Virus record (IMG/VR): IMGVR_UViG_3300031851_000029
Coordinates: 1 to 59,141 of that record
Source: a virus
Lineage: Duplodnaviria; Caudoviricetes
Direction: 5' to 3' (one strand)
Length of the DNA stretch: 59,141 nt
Both the position numbers and the translations under genes were made by a program. Below are positions 28,878 through 38,509 of the stretch, one piece after another. Positions within the stretch are counted from its first letter, which is position 1. Every line of letters starts with the position of its first letter. Under the pieces are notes generated by a model. That model made no database searches. It was not told the DNA's origin and saw only the letters and a list, made by a program, of their open reading frames with translations.

Positions 28878-29675
28878 CTATAGCTGCGTTGTGAGCATCA
28901 TCGCTTGCTGTGGTGACAGGAAGTATGAATTAAGCAGTATCACCTGATAAAGGCTATCTACTACTCCTGCTTTTGAGTTATAAAAGAACTCAACAGGAAG
29001 TGGCTTTGGCCATAAAGTACAATAAGTTACAACTTTTTCTTTAAGAGCATCTTCAACGTCAGTTGAGCCAGTCTCTTGAGCCTTAGCCATTAACTCTTGA
29101 ATCTTCTTCCACTGACCTCGTTTAAGGTGTGTAAAGATATATACATCGCCTTCACCGAAAGCCATTACATGTACAGCATTTTTTCCCAACTGCGCTTTCC
29201 ATCTCTCAATAGTAGCGAGGTTAGGTGCTCCTGGGGTATTAGAAAGTAGCTCCATGATTTGTCCTTTCATGGTGTCTGCACCTTCTACCTCAGCTGCATC
29301 TGCATCTGCGCTGGTAGCTCTAGCATCAAGCTCATTTGCTGCTGCTTCTAATTCTTGATCAAAGTCCATATTTGCTGCTCCTTTGGGCTGACGCTCTGGC
29401 GGAATTTGTGTCCGTAAAGCAGACTTGCTTTGCTGCTTCTTTACTCTTTTTGCCGTGGGCGCTGCTGCCTTCGGCCCTGCAGTTTTTGGTAGAGCCTGCT
29501 GCTCTGCGTTATTTACATCGTATCCACTTTCGACAATTTCATCATTCAAATCTTCTAAATTGGTCAATACATCTTCTGCACTTACAGAAATACTGCTAAG
29601 TGCTTGTACTTGGTCTTGTGAGAGTTCGCCTCCAACGGCGAGAGTCTCACCAACTTGTTTTGCAGAAATTGGCAT
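28878..29675 (-). CDS. Tail assembly chaperone with a low-complexity N-terminal extension
   Basis: IERWKAQLG...YIFTHLKRGQWK...VVTYCTLWP...AGVVDSL is a chaperone-like pattern. AGGAG SD. Position fits. Confidence 0.6.
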   Translation of the reverse strand: MPISAKQVGETLAVGGELSQDQVQALSSISVSAEDVLTNLEDLNDEIVESGYDVNNAEQQALPKTAGPKAAAPTAKRVKKQQSKSALRTQIPPERQPKGAANMDFDQELEAAANELDARATSADADAAEVEGADTMKGQIMELLSNTPGAPNLATIERWKAQLGKNAVHVMAFGEGDVYIFTHLKRGQWKKIQELMAKAQETGSTDVEDALKEKVVTYCTLWPKPLPVEFFYNSKAGVVDSLYQVILLNSYFLSPQQAMMLTTQL

Positions 29676-29693
29676 TATAATATCTCCTATTGA

Positions 29694-29915
29694 TTATATC
29701 CAGACAATAATGTTGTCTTTAGTATTGTTTATAATATCTTTTATTTCATATGCTGTCAACGTATCGTTGACTCTTGAATTCCCTGAAAGGAAGTTCTTTT
29801 TTATAGCTTTGGTGTCTTGATTAAGTATAACAACTTTTGTTCTATCGGGATAGAAAAAGTTATAATGTCCCACCTCACTTAAATAAACTTTTGTACCTTT
29901 CTCAAGCAACATCAT
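29694..29915 (-). CDS. Small hypothetical protein (73 aa)
   Basis: TAATG coupling with the upstream gene and AGGAG just upstream. Fills the gap in the operon. Confidence 0.55.
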   Translation of the reverse strand: MMLLEKGTKVYLSEVGHYNFFYPDRTKVVILNQDTKAIKKNFLSGNSRVNDTLTAYEIKDIINNTKDNIIVWI

Positions 29916-30649
29916 TAATCTCCTACTGATAGTGCTCTTGCGAAAAAACTATACTCTTCTAATATCACATTTTCATCTATCTGTATACCTGAAGACCTAC
30001 TTACAAAAAAAGCACTGTGAAGCTCTACATTGAATTGGTTGGCAAATTCAATTTTAATGTTTGTTGGACCAATAAGAGTCAAGTCAGTATTTCTATATTG
30101 TTGTCCCCCACGTGCAGCAGCCTCAGCTTCCGCTTGAGTCATATTCAATAAGCCAGCCCTATCCCAGTAGTGAGATTGCAATTCAGAAGTAAGAAATTGT
30201 ATATTTTTGTCTATGTCTAATACACCACTGTCTGCAGCTTCATATCCATTTTGTGCTATTCCACCAGTTCCACCAGTTCTCCACAAATCGCCTATATTCC
30301 TTGCGTAAGTAGGTGGGCGCTGATCTCCAGGTGTAATAACTACACCTTCATCATCTACAAGAGCGCTACGTGTGAGCTCCTCTAATGGACTACCACTAGT
30401 ATCTCTACCCATCAGTATAGATTCAAATAAATAATCTGGATCTACTTGGTTGACAACAAGTGTACCTTGTATGATCTTTTGTCCTGGAGCTACAGCGTCA
30501 AACAGACGAGAAGAATAGCCGTATATTGGCTGCATAGAGTCTTGTTCAGTATAAGATATGCCAGCAGCTTCCAACAGTGGTTGACCGTCAACAGTTATGA
30601 AGACGTTAGCACCGCAAAAGTAATCATATGGATAAAAATTAGTAGCCAT
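29915..30649 (-). CDS. Tail-tube-like protein (paralogue 3)
   Basis: YFCGANV...ISYTEQDSMQPIYGY...GQKIIQGTL...IQIDENVILEEYSFFAR aligns by eye with the tail tube protein. Confidence 0.7.
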   Translation of the reverse strand: MATNFYPYDYFCGANVFITVDGQPLLEAAGISYTEQDSMQPIYGYSSRLFDAVAPGQKIIQGTLVVNQVDPDYLFESILMGRDTSGSPLEELTRSALVDDEGVVITPGDQRPPTYARNIGDLWRTGGTGGIAQNGYEAADSGVLDIDKNIQFLTSELQSHYWDRAGLLNMTQAEAEAAARGGQQYRNTDLTLIGPTNIKIEFANQFNVELHSAFFVSRSSGIQIDENVILEEYSFFARALSVGD

Positions 30650-30655
30650 TATTCA

Positions 30656-31936
30656 CTATCCTACATCATAGCCAGGTGGCCTACCGTTGATAGTTGCTGG
30701 AAGTTCAACACCCTCTTGGCTCTGCGCCTCTCTAATCACTCTTCTGGTAGCTCTAGCCTTACTCAGCCTGGACTTAAGGGCTGTTTCTTGCGCTTTCATA
30801 CCGTCTTTAATGTCCCCACGAACTTGACTAGTCATGCTTTCAGCTTCACCTCTCAACTGAGCAAAGACTTCTGGAGGAAGTTCATCTGGACGGTAAGAAA
30901 GTATAGAGCTTTCGTGAATTGTGCTTAATTGTTTAACATCTTGCGCTACAAACTGTATAACGACTTCTGTCACCATATCGTTTACTGAAGTTGTGATCCC
31001 TTCTGATATTATTTCAATCCCTTCGATCATCATAGTTGCAACTTTAGGAACGTTAAAAGCAACTGAAGAAACTCCAAGATATGGATCTTTCATCGAAAGC
31101 CTTCTGTCTCTTCTTGCTGCTCTGCTTCTTCCTTGTGCGTCTTTTACTATATTGGTTCCGTCTAATACGGGATCAGGCCAATTTGTTTCTGAAGGGTGCT
31201 CCTCTCTAAAAGCCTCTACAGCCTCATTTGCACTAACTGTAAAGTTTACTTTTGACTTTGGAAGCACTTCTGACTGATAACGCAGAATCATGTCAAAAGG
31301 TTTGAGAAGTGTAGATATGCGAGTGTTCCCTGGATAAGTATCCAGAGTACCTGGCTGGCGATAACCGCCTTGGCCTAATGAATCCATGTCTAAAGAAAAG
31401 CTACTATCAGATGGATTAAATTTTGACTGGGGCTGATATGCAAGTTTTCTAAGTGGATGGTCTTCTACGACTAATAGAACCATTGTCCCAGCAATGGTTC
31501 TTACTGACCTTGCAAAGCCTTTAGTTCCTCTATGCCCAAGTGCTCTTACCGGAGCTTTCGGCTCATGTATTGAGATTGAGACAGTTGCAAGACTTTCTAA
31601 ATGAACTGGTGTCCCAGCTCTAATCTTTTCTTCTAATCTGTTTATGTCGCTTTGCAAGGCTTCTATGTAGCGCCTCTCTCCTCCTAGCTCCTGTGGTCCA
31701 GCCATAGTCGTGTCAGTTGATTCTGCCGCAAGTGCTCTGCCAGATCCACTGACAGCGCTCATCTCACTTCCAGCTGCAGTTACTACAGAGTCCGTGTTGA
31801 TCGCCGCAAGTCTGGCCTTCTGTATTCTAAGTTGAGCAATATCGTGTTCACTAGGCGCAGAAGTATGCCCATAGTAAGCGAATGCTGCTACATCTGAACC
31901 TGAAAAAGAGTATCTATTTTGATCGTAGTATGCCAT
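30656..31936 (-). CDS. Tail-tube-like protein with insertions (paralogue 2)
   Basis: SFSGSD...SISIHEPKAPVRALG...RTIAGTMV...GIEIISEGITTSVNDMVTE. Start moved to ATG 31936 because the track's TTG start lies inside an intergenic hairpin. Confidence 0.7.
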   Translation of the reverse strand: MAYYDQNRYSFSGSDVAAFAYYGHTSAPSEHDIAQLRIQKARLAAINTDSVVTAAGSEMSAVSGSGRALAAESTDTTMAGPQELGGERRYIEALQSDINRLEEKIRAGTPVHLESLATVSISIHEPKAPVRALGHRGTKGFARSVRTIAGTMVLLVVEDHPLRKLAYQPQSKFNPSDSSFSLDMDSLGQGGYRQPGTLDTYPGNTRISTLLKPFDMILRYQSEVLPKSKVNFTVSANEAVEAFREEHPSETNWPDPVLDGTNIVKDAQGRSRAARRDRRLSMKDPYLGVSSVAFNVPKVATMMIEGIEIISEGITTSVNDMVTEVVIQFVAQDVKQLSTIHESSILSYRPDELPPEVFAQLRGEAESMTSQVRGDIKDGMKAQETALKSRLSKARATRRVIREAQSQEGVELPATINGRPPGYDVG

Positions 31937-31952
31937 GGAAGCCCCAATAGGT

Positions 31953-31986
31953 AGTTGCAGTGGAAGCCTAAACTCCCACTGCAACT
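31953..31986. other. Intergenic 11-bp perfect hairpin downstream of the tail tube gene
   Basis: AGTTGCAGTGG (31953-31963) pairs with CCACTGCAACT (31976-31986). The T-run follows only on the plus strand. Confidence 0.7.
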
Positions 31987-31999
31987 TTTAAACTAAATA

Positions 32000-32635
32000 T
32001 TAAGGCGCGCCCATTGATGATCCAGCCGTACTCATGTCCCATTGACCTAACTGCTGCCATGGAAGTATAGTTCTGCAAACGTAAGTCATCTGATTTTCAA
32101 TAACAATATCGTCAATTGAGAAACCAGAACCTTCGTTGAGAATTTCAACACCATAGATACGCATAGTAGCAGCCTTTCCATATTCGTTAGCAGCAACAAT
32201 CGTTACATCGAATGGTGGAAGTTGGTCTACATAAAATGCGCCTCTAACAGTAAAGTTGTCACCGATATCTGCCGCATCGAATGTGACTCCAGCGGGGTCC
32301 GTTAGATCAGCCGTGCTTGAAGCATCGTTTAGATCTGCAGGTGATGAGAAGATCTCATCTTTGTCAGCAAGGAAATTCATATTGGAAAACGGTGTTCCAA
32401 ACAGAATGTGCTGATCGAGTAAAAGGGAAATAAGAGTCCCGGCAATACCACGCTTGCCACGAGAGAAAGAAAGTGGATCAACTCTACCCATAACATATAT
32501 GGGGGCCTTCTCACGCTGTACTGCATAAGAGATAGCCTGGAGCTGACCTACGGTCTCGCCATCGATAACGGCTCTGATATCTACGCCTGAAAAACTTGTA
32601 TAAGTTCTTGATAATTCTAATGCTGTTGTAGCCAT
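32000..32635 (-). CDS. Major tail tube protein
   Basis: Immediately follows the sheath gene, with AGGAG SD. Reads SFSGVDI...ISYAVQREKAPIYVMG...GKRGIAGTL...YGVEILNEGSGFSIDD. Confidence 0.85.
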   Translation of the reverse strand: MATTALELSRTYTSFSGVDIRAVIDGETVGQLQAISYAVQREKAPIYVMGRVDPLSFSRGKRGIAGTLISLLLDQHILFGTPFSNMNFLADKDEIFSSPADLNDASSTADLTDPAGVTFDAADIGDNFTVRGAFYVDQLPPFDVTIVAANEYGKAATMRIYGVEILNEGSGFSIDDIVIENQMTYVCRTILPWQQLGQWDMSTAGSSMGAP

Positions 32636-32645
32636 GTTCTATCTC

Positions 32646-34703
32646 CTAGCTTGTTAGCTCTGTCTCTTCTGCTGCAAGAGAAGTTTCGATTGTGATTGCC
32701 TCAATAGAGAACGGTGGAATCATTTTCAACTTAATTGTAAGTCTACCCATGATTTTGTCTTGTCTCGTATAAGACATGCTTGCAATAGCACCCTGGTTAA
32801 AGCCGAGTGCCTTTTCTGCCTTCAAGAAGCCGTCAATTGCAGTTTGTAAAGACATAAGTCTAGTACTTGAGAATTCCTTACCAATGTAATTCTTGGCAAT
32901 GTCTCTAATACCATCAATCTGTCTATTAACGGATCTAATTGTTGACAATCTTGTATAGTCTGAATTGGGGTGAGCTGCAGTTCTGCACGAAACAATAATG
33001 AAGCCAACGCCATCTTCTCTTCTAAGTCCACATGTTCTAGCTCTTGCAAGCTGGTTCATTTGTGGGCCTCGGAGCCTGATTGGCGAACTAACCCTTCTAA
33101 CTCTACCATTGATACCAATTGGCTCTTCATTTTGTGGGGTAACAGCAATCTTGCCTGCAAGACTAGCTGAAAACTGTCCACGATAATTAGAGCCACCATT
33201 GTATGAGTTTCTGTGCACTGGGTGCTCATAGCTAAACAATACATGCTTGCCAATATCAACTGGCTTGTCATTAGCATCTAGCAATTCATCTGCATCTCCT
33301 ATACCGTAAACAAAGTTGGTTCCATTTGGCAAAGACTCACCTTTTGTAAGAATGAGACCACCGTAAGCAGCACCATCACCAGAAGTTGAGTCGTCAAGAA
33401 TACCATCTCTGTAACCAGCTTGACCACCAACGAATGTGTGACCAAGCACACCATCGCCACCATCTGCGGATCCGTCAATACCAAGATCTGTTCCAAAGTA
33501 AGTATAAGATGGAAGCTCGCCTGCCCACTCAGCAACAGTCATTCTGTCATAAGCTGCAGGTGGAGAGAAAGAGATAAATCCAAGCATTGACTTCCATACA
33601 GTAGAAGCTCTGTAACAAAAACTAGCAAGCTGGTGAGCATAGCTACATTCTCTTACTTCTGCTTCTGTGGCAGCAGCCCACTTTGTTGCAACGGCAGCAG
33701 GGACAGTGTCACCTGTTAACTGTGCATGAGTCAGTGTATTAGTTGCTAAAGCGGGATCTCCATCATCAAGGAAGTAAGTATAAACTTTTCCTCGATACTG
33801 GTATTGCCACAACCAACCAAGAACATCGTTAGCTGTATCGCCAGCAGTAGGTACTGACGAATAGTCTGGTGTATAAAGAGCAGAACCTGATGCAGTAGAC
33901 CAGTGAGAGAAGTTGTCTTGATCTACGATATTTCGTGAATCGACATAAGTCCCACATGGAATAACATAGTCTCCATCTCTATAGTCAAGCATAGAGTATG
34001 CATGCTCAAGTGCAGCATATCTTTCAAGTAAAGACATTGCCGCACCATCATCGCCAGCAGCAGAACCAAGATAAGTCCAAGTACCGGCTGACCATGTTGG
34101 GACTACCGAAGCAAACGGACCTTCTGTTGAAGCACCTAAAGTACCAACAAGATCTGCAAGCACTGGTGTTAAATCTGGATCATCTGGATTGTTGATATCT
34201 CCAATAGTGAAGGCACCAAGTGCTGCAGTATCTACAACAACACTTAATACTCCAATATCTACGACAAGGATTTCTGAGCTATCATAAGCCCAAGAACCAT
34301 CCTCTCTGTCCCAGAGAAGTATTCTCGGGTCACCAGCTGAATCAGCAGTAACGATAAGAGAGTACCTGTCTAGGATTTGTTCATCTCTATACTCGGGAGT
34401 AATAGAGATAGCTTGCACTCCAGATTCGAGTGCCAAAAAGGCACCCTTTTGACCACCAATACGCATCACTGCAATATTGTCGGATCCTTGAGCAAGCGCC
34501 TCATGAAGAGGCTTCATTATTTCGGCTGTAGCGCCAAATTCTTTTTCTGCAGCAGACACACTACGGACATTGTATAGTCTGTAAGTTAAACCACTGCTTG
34601 CTGAACCAAGAATTATTATTCTTGGCTGTGTCGAAACTGAAGGAGAATGGAATGCACCATCTAAATAAGTGGCTCCAACTCCTGGTATACTTTCGTAAGG
34701 CAT
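32646..34703 (-). CDS. Tail sheath protein
   Basis: N-terminal IPGVGATYLDG, AEKEFG, and C-terminal YTRLSTIR...YIGK...LTIKLKMIPPFSIEAITI. AGGAGG SD. Confidence 0.9.
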   Translation of the reverse strand: MPYESIPGVGATYLDGAFHSPSVSTQPRIIILGSASSGLTYRLYNVRSVSAAEKEFGATAEIMKPLHEALAQGSDNIAVMRIGGQKGAFLALESGVQAISITPEYRDEQILDRYSLIVTADSAGDPRILLWDREDGSWAYDSSEILVVDIGVLSVVVDTAALGAFTIGDINNPDDPDLTPVLADLVGTLGASTEGPFASVVPTWSAGTWTYLGSAAGDDGAAMSLLERYAALEHAYSMLDYRDGDYVIPCGTYVDSRNIVDQDNFSHWSTASGSALYTPDYSSVPTAGDTANDVLGWLWQYQYRGKVYTYFLDDGDPALATNTLTHAQLTGDTVPAAVATKWAAATEAEVRECSYAHQLASFCYRASTVWKSMLGFISFSPPAAYDRMTVAEWAGELPSYTYFGTDLGIDGSADGGDGVLGHTFVGGQAGYRDGILDDSTSGDGAAYGGLILTKGESLPNGTNFVYGIGDADELLDANDKPVDIGKHVLFSYEHPVHRNSYNGGSNYRGQFSASLAGKIAVTPQNEEPIGINGRVRRVSSPIRLRGPQMNQLARARTCGLRREDGVGFIIVSCRTAAHPNSDYTRLSTIRSVNRQIDGIRDIAKNYIGKEFSSTRLMSLQTAIDGFLKAEKALGFNQGAIASMSYTRQDKIMGRLTIKLKMIPPFSIEAITIETSLAAEETELTS

Positions 34704-34724
34704 AAGACCTCCTAAAACCTATAA

Positions 34725-35495
34725 TTATAAATTGCGTTTCATTTCAGATTCTGATAAATCAATACCTGCACTGAATTCTATTGTTCTGAGCAACGGTGTT
34801 GCCTTTAATTCGAACTCCCTAAATCTAACAAAAAAGTTGATAGGGCGATATAATAATCTTTGACCTCCAGAGGTCATGTAAGTGTCGGGTCCTCGACCCT
34901 TCCAAAAAAATCTTTCCACTCCCTGGACTTCAAAAGCCCAAGCATGATTTACAAATAACTTTTCCAACCAAAGTGCTCTTTCATTAGCAAGCTTATTTGT
35001 TTTAGCCCAACAAGAGAACTCAATTAAATGGTCTATTGGTCTGGACTCTACTATTACTGCTTTGTTTGGATAGTCTGCGCTTCTTGCTTCATAAGAGTGG
35101 ATACTCTTTCTTTGTGGTCTTCCCGTACCTTTTGTATTCATATTTGCAGGCTCTCTTTTGAGAACCCTAAAGCAAATAACTTCATTACCAAAATCACTAA
35201 TTCTATCTGGTGGATATTCTTCTACCAGCGAAACAGTGCTTTCAGAATTTGTTGCGTCTCTTTCTTGAGCATCTTTAATAATATCAGATGCTATTTCAAA
35301 AAAACGTGTCAAACTCATTGGTGTTGTATTGGGTAAGAATCTACTCGCGTCAAATTCCCAAGGATTTGTAAGCTTAGTAGCTACTTCATACTTATGAGTA
35401 ACTGAGTCACCTTCAACAACAGACACTTGAAAGACTTCTCTTTCATCAAGAAGCTCTTCTGGTACAGTTTCTGTTAGTGTTGTTATTTCAGACAT
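34725..35495 (-). CDS. Tail completion/terminator-like protein
   Basis: Position just before the sheath gene. IEFSCWAKTNKLANERALWLEKLF fits the tail-completion pattern. Confidence 0.6.
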   Translation of the reverse strand: MSEITTLTETVPEELLDEREVFQVSVVEGDSVTHKYEVATKLTNPWEFDASRFLPNTTPMSLTRFFEIASDIIKDAQERDATNSESTVSLVEEYPPDRISDFGNEVICFRVLKREPANMNTKGTGRPQRKSIHSYEARSADYPNKAVIVESRPIDHLIEFSCWAKTNKLANERALWLEKLFVNHAWAFEVQGVERFFWKGRGPDTYMTSGGQRLLYRPINFFVRFREFELKATPLLRTIEFSAGIDLSESEMKRNL

Positions 35496-36070
35496 TACTT
35501 ATCTAGCCTTATTGCGTCATCTTCTCTGCAATGAATAGCGATATATTCAATGCGACCATAATCTGCGCGGTATTTGTTTATAGTTTGTGGTTTATAAATC
35601 GATTCTCTACTATATGGTACTATTATGTCTCCTTCAGTATCAAGTTCTATCTCAACTATCTTATCTCTATAAGAGATAGATGTGTCATACCTAAAGTAGA
35701 AGATTTTTGTATCTACTCTAATCTGACCCGGAAATAGCTGACGAACTCTAGTCGAGAGACCACCATCTGCACCTACATAAGTAGAGTAACACGTTTCTTT
35801 CTTTTCGTCCCAATAGAAACCTTCTCCTAAGCAAAATTTGCAATCAGGATCAGCTTCTTTTGTTAATTCATCTTTACAAACGCAAGCCACTGGCTTGTCA
35901 TCTGAGTCTAACCTAGCTCTTCTTACTAAAACTGTCTTTCCGTGAGGAAGAGAAGTTGGGCCTCCAAAGACTATTTCATCAAATTCAGAACGCAAGTCTA
36001 TTTCCCTACCAGAACTGGAGGGGTTGTTAGTTTGCGATCTATTTGGAAATAATTTTCTTTTGAAAGACAT
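35495..36070 (-). CDS. Neck/head-closure protein with a Zn-binding insert
   Basis: CVC...CKFCLGEG motif. Position in the neck module. Confidence 0.6.
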   Translation of the reverse strand: MSFKRKLFPNRSQTNNPSSSGREIDLRSEFDEIVFGGPTSLPHGKTVLVRRARLDSDDKPVACVCKDELTKEADPDCKFCLGEGFYWDEKKETCYSTYVGADGGLSTRVRQLFPGQIRVDTKIFYFRYDTSISYRDKIVEIELDTEGDIIVPYSRESIYKPQTINKYRADYGRIEYIAIHCREDDAIRLDK

Positions 36071-36075
36071 TCTTA

Positions 36076-37104
36076 TTACTCGTCATCTGGTTCGTTCGAG
36101 CCTATAGGGCGTCGATTAACATAACCAGTTTTAAATTTTCTCTGACTCGTCCTTCTAAGCTTTTTGTTTCCAGCTGGAACTGGATAGTAAAAGTCTACAG
36201 GATTGTGCCAAAGTCTTCCGACTCTACGTCGGTCTGGATCGCGTTTTCCTTTTACGGCTACTTCAGGACTGAACCCTTGGCCAGGAACAATGCTTCCACC
36301 AGCGTTTACAACGCGCCACCACTCATCTCTACTATCTTTAATATCTTTAATAGTAGCTCTTGCATCTGAAGAGTTGGAGATCATTAAATCTCCAAGATTC
36401 TTCTTTTTCCCACCAACGTTTGCAGGTAGCAAGAGTAGTCTGAGCGCCGCGTCGTATATTACAAACTTAACCCTAGCCATAGAAAGCATACTTCCTACTG
36501 GACCATGAGTTATTCTGTCTGCCTCTATAGAAGACCAATGAATCATTAAGCTCAATGTGTCGTCTGGAATACTTTCGACCCAGTTGCCACACTCGAGTCT
36601 CAATAAGTCTGGTGAAGCATAATAAGGGCGATATTGCGTTGAAAAGGTAAGTTGTTCATCTGAAGCTAAAGTGTTACCACTTGTTCCAGCAACTGTATCT
36701 TCTATAATTACTACAATTAAAGTGTTTTTAGCAATATCTTGTATAGATATTACTGGAGGCTCTTCAACTCTAAAATTTAATACAGCATAAACCGTGTTGC
36801 CTGAAACTTGAGAAACCCAGACATCTTGAAATACTCCAGCAGAAGTACTAGAGGGAACAGTGTAGGTTGCTTCATAAAACCCAGTAGATATATTAGCGAC
36901 AGTGACACTTATATCTTCTAGTTCCGATGTATACACTCCAGAATCCACTTCAGCAGCTATTGTTGCGCTATCTACAGAGCTTGAGCCAGGGTATACGTGG
37001 CATTCTGGTGCAGAGTCTGCATCTATGAATTCACCACAAGCATCTCTGAGGGTCATTCTCAATGTGACCGAATCTCCAGGATTAACACAAGCTCTAGTAG
37101 ACAT
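36076..37104 (-). CDS. Head-tail adaptor-like protein with an N-terminal Ig-like domain
   Basis: Beta-rich N-terminus, then FSTQYRPYYAS and KKNLGDLMIS. Position after the capsid genes. Confidence 0.55.
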   Translation of the reverse strand: MSTRACVNPGDSVTLRMTLRDACGEFIDADSAPECHVYPGSSSVDSATIAAEVDSGVYTSELEDISVTVANISTGFYEATYTVPSSTSAGVFQDVWVSQVSGNTVYAVLNFRVEEPPVISIQDIAKNTLIVVIIEDTVAGTSGNTLASDEQLTFSTQYRPYYASPDLLRLECGNWVESIPDDTLSLMIHWSSIEADRITHGPVGSMLSMARVKFVIYDAALRLLLLPANVGGKKKNLGDLMISNSSDARATIKDIKDSRDEWWRVVNAGGSIVPGQGFSPEVAVKGKRDPDRRRVGRLWHNPVDFYYPVPAGNKKLRRTSQRKFKTGYVNRRPIGSNEPDDE

Positions 37105-37113
37105 TTCTTTACC

Positions 37114-38220
37114 TTAAAGTTCTATAGTCAGTATATCATCACTGACTGTTAGTTTTTTAGCCAACTCTACAGGTTCTCCTGCATTACTTAATGCAGTATC
37201 GAAATTGCCTGATATTGGATAAGCAAGAACAGTTACAGTTGCATCAGTTACAGTACTGACATCTAACTCTTCTGAAAAAGTAACAGTAATAGTTCTGTTT
37301 TTAAAAGATTGATGAGTAGCTCCATCTGAAGGAAGCATTTCTATAACTGTCAAAGCAGTGGCATCACTTGTAAGTGATGTTTCTGTGCCTATTATAGAAG
37401 TAGAAGCTGTTTCTGGAACGCTTGTTATCGCTGCGCTGCCAGCAGTAAAGCTGAAACTATATGAAGTCGACATTAGAGCTTTTGCTCTTACGTTGACAGT
37501 ATAAATGTCATCTACAGCAAAGCCTGAGCCACTGAATCTAACTTGAACGCCACTGTCGGCGTCAAGCCTTCTGAATCTTCTAGAAGTAACTCTTCCAGTT
37601 ACTGCGTTAGCTTCTATATCTGAAGCTGGCCAGTATTTATACTGAGCAGTTCCTATATCGCCAGCTTGAGTAATTTTAATATTATATTGGTCGTCAGAGG
37701 TTCCTTCATAGCTTCCATATGTATGAAGCAGCCCTGTAGTTGAAACTACAGCAGTATAGTCTGGATCCCAAACAGTTCTGTGAGATATCCCCCTTGATGT
37801 GCCATCTGAACTATCGCCAATAAGGTATACATTATACTCTGTATCTGGCTTCAATAAGCTCTTAGGCCTAAGTAACAACTTATGCCTGCTGACACCTTCA
37901 TCTGTAGAAGAAGTATATTCTGGTGACGGATCTATTTCCGCTCCAGTCACATCAACATAAACAAAATCAAAACTACATTCTACCGTTCCTGTAAATCCGG
38001 GAGAATTCAGAAAGAAAGGGTTGCTTCCAGTATCTGAGTCTATCCAGGTAGCAGAATCAGGACCCGATGTTTGATCATAGTCTGGGCCGTAAGCAACTAC
38101 ACAATCTTTAACAGATTGCAAGTCTACACCTTGATCAAAGGTGATCTGTATAGTTGCTCCTACAGGTACTCCTGTAGCCTCATCATTCGGATATATTGCT
38201 GATATAGACGGTGCTGACAT
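37114..38220 (-). CDS. Ig-like (Big_5/SbsA-type) virion protein
   Basis: Two Ig starts: IYPNDEATGVPVGATIQITFDQGVD and MLPSDGATHQ...ITVTFSEELD. Confidence 0.7.
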   Translation of the reverse strand: MSAPSISAIYPNDEATGVPVGATIQITFDQGVDLQSVKDCVVAYGPDYDQTSGPDSATWIDSDTGSNPFFLNSPGFTGTVECSFDFVYVDVTGAEIDPSPEYTSSTDEGVSRHKLLLRPKSLLKPDTEYNVYLIGDSSDGTSRGISHRTVWDPDYTAVVSTTGLLHTYGSYEGTSDDQYNIKITQAGDIGTAQYKYWPASDIEANAVTGRVTSRRFRRLDADSGVQVRFSGSGFAVDDIYTVNVRAKALMSTSYSFSFTAGSAAITSVPETASTSIIGTETSLTSDATALTVIEMLPSDGATHQSFKNRTITVTFSEELDVSTVTDATVTVLAYPISGNFDTALSNAGEPVELAKKLTVSDDILTIEL

Positions 38221-38416
38221 TTTCTTCCTCTTCTACAGTTTCTTCTTCTTCCATGAAGCTTACTTCTGGTAACAGATCGCTTCTTATTTCGATTGTTACA
38301 AATTCTCCTTCCTCTTCAATCTTACTAACTCTGCGTCTTAGCTTACCTTTTCTTCTACTTCTGATATCAATAACTTTACTGTCTTTGATTTCTTCTTCGG
38401 TTTTAAACCAACCCAT
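38183..38416 (-). CDS. Small highly charged hypothetical protein (77 aa)
   Basis: GGAG SD upstream. Has a basic patch followed by an acidic tail. Fills the gap after the capsid terminator. Confidence 0.55.
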   Translation of the reverse strand: MGWFKTEEEIKDSKVIDIRSRRKGKLRRRVSKIEEEGEFVTIEIRSDLLPEVSFMEEEETVEEEENVSTVYISNISE

Positions 38417-38439
38417 GTGATCTCCAAGGTAGTTTTATT

Positions 38440-38470
38440 AAAAAAGGGGGGTGAGAAGCCTCACCCCCCT
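38440..38470 (-). terminator. Intrinsic terminator after the major capsid gene
   Basis: Minus strand reads AGGGGGGTGAG-GCTT-CTCACCCCCCT followed by TTTTT. Confidence 0.9.
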
Positions 38471-38509
38471 CAATAAGTAGAGGCCTTAAGTTAAAACTTA
38501 ACTCAAAGC

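Noticed and set aside
28205-29675. Programmed frameshift or readthrough between the two tail chaperones (lambda G/GT type)
   Set aside because: No clear slippery heptamer near the TAG at 28878. The second gene has its own ATG 7 nt later in a different frame. Not excluded, but unsupported.
38433-38450. Capsid terminator tail (minus strand CCTTTTTTAATAA) resembling the early element
   Set aside because: Lacks the GG after AAT and the following hairpin. Explained as an ordinary terminator tail.
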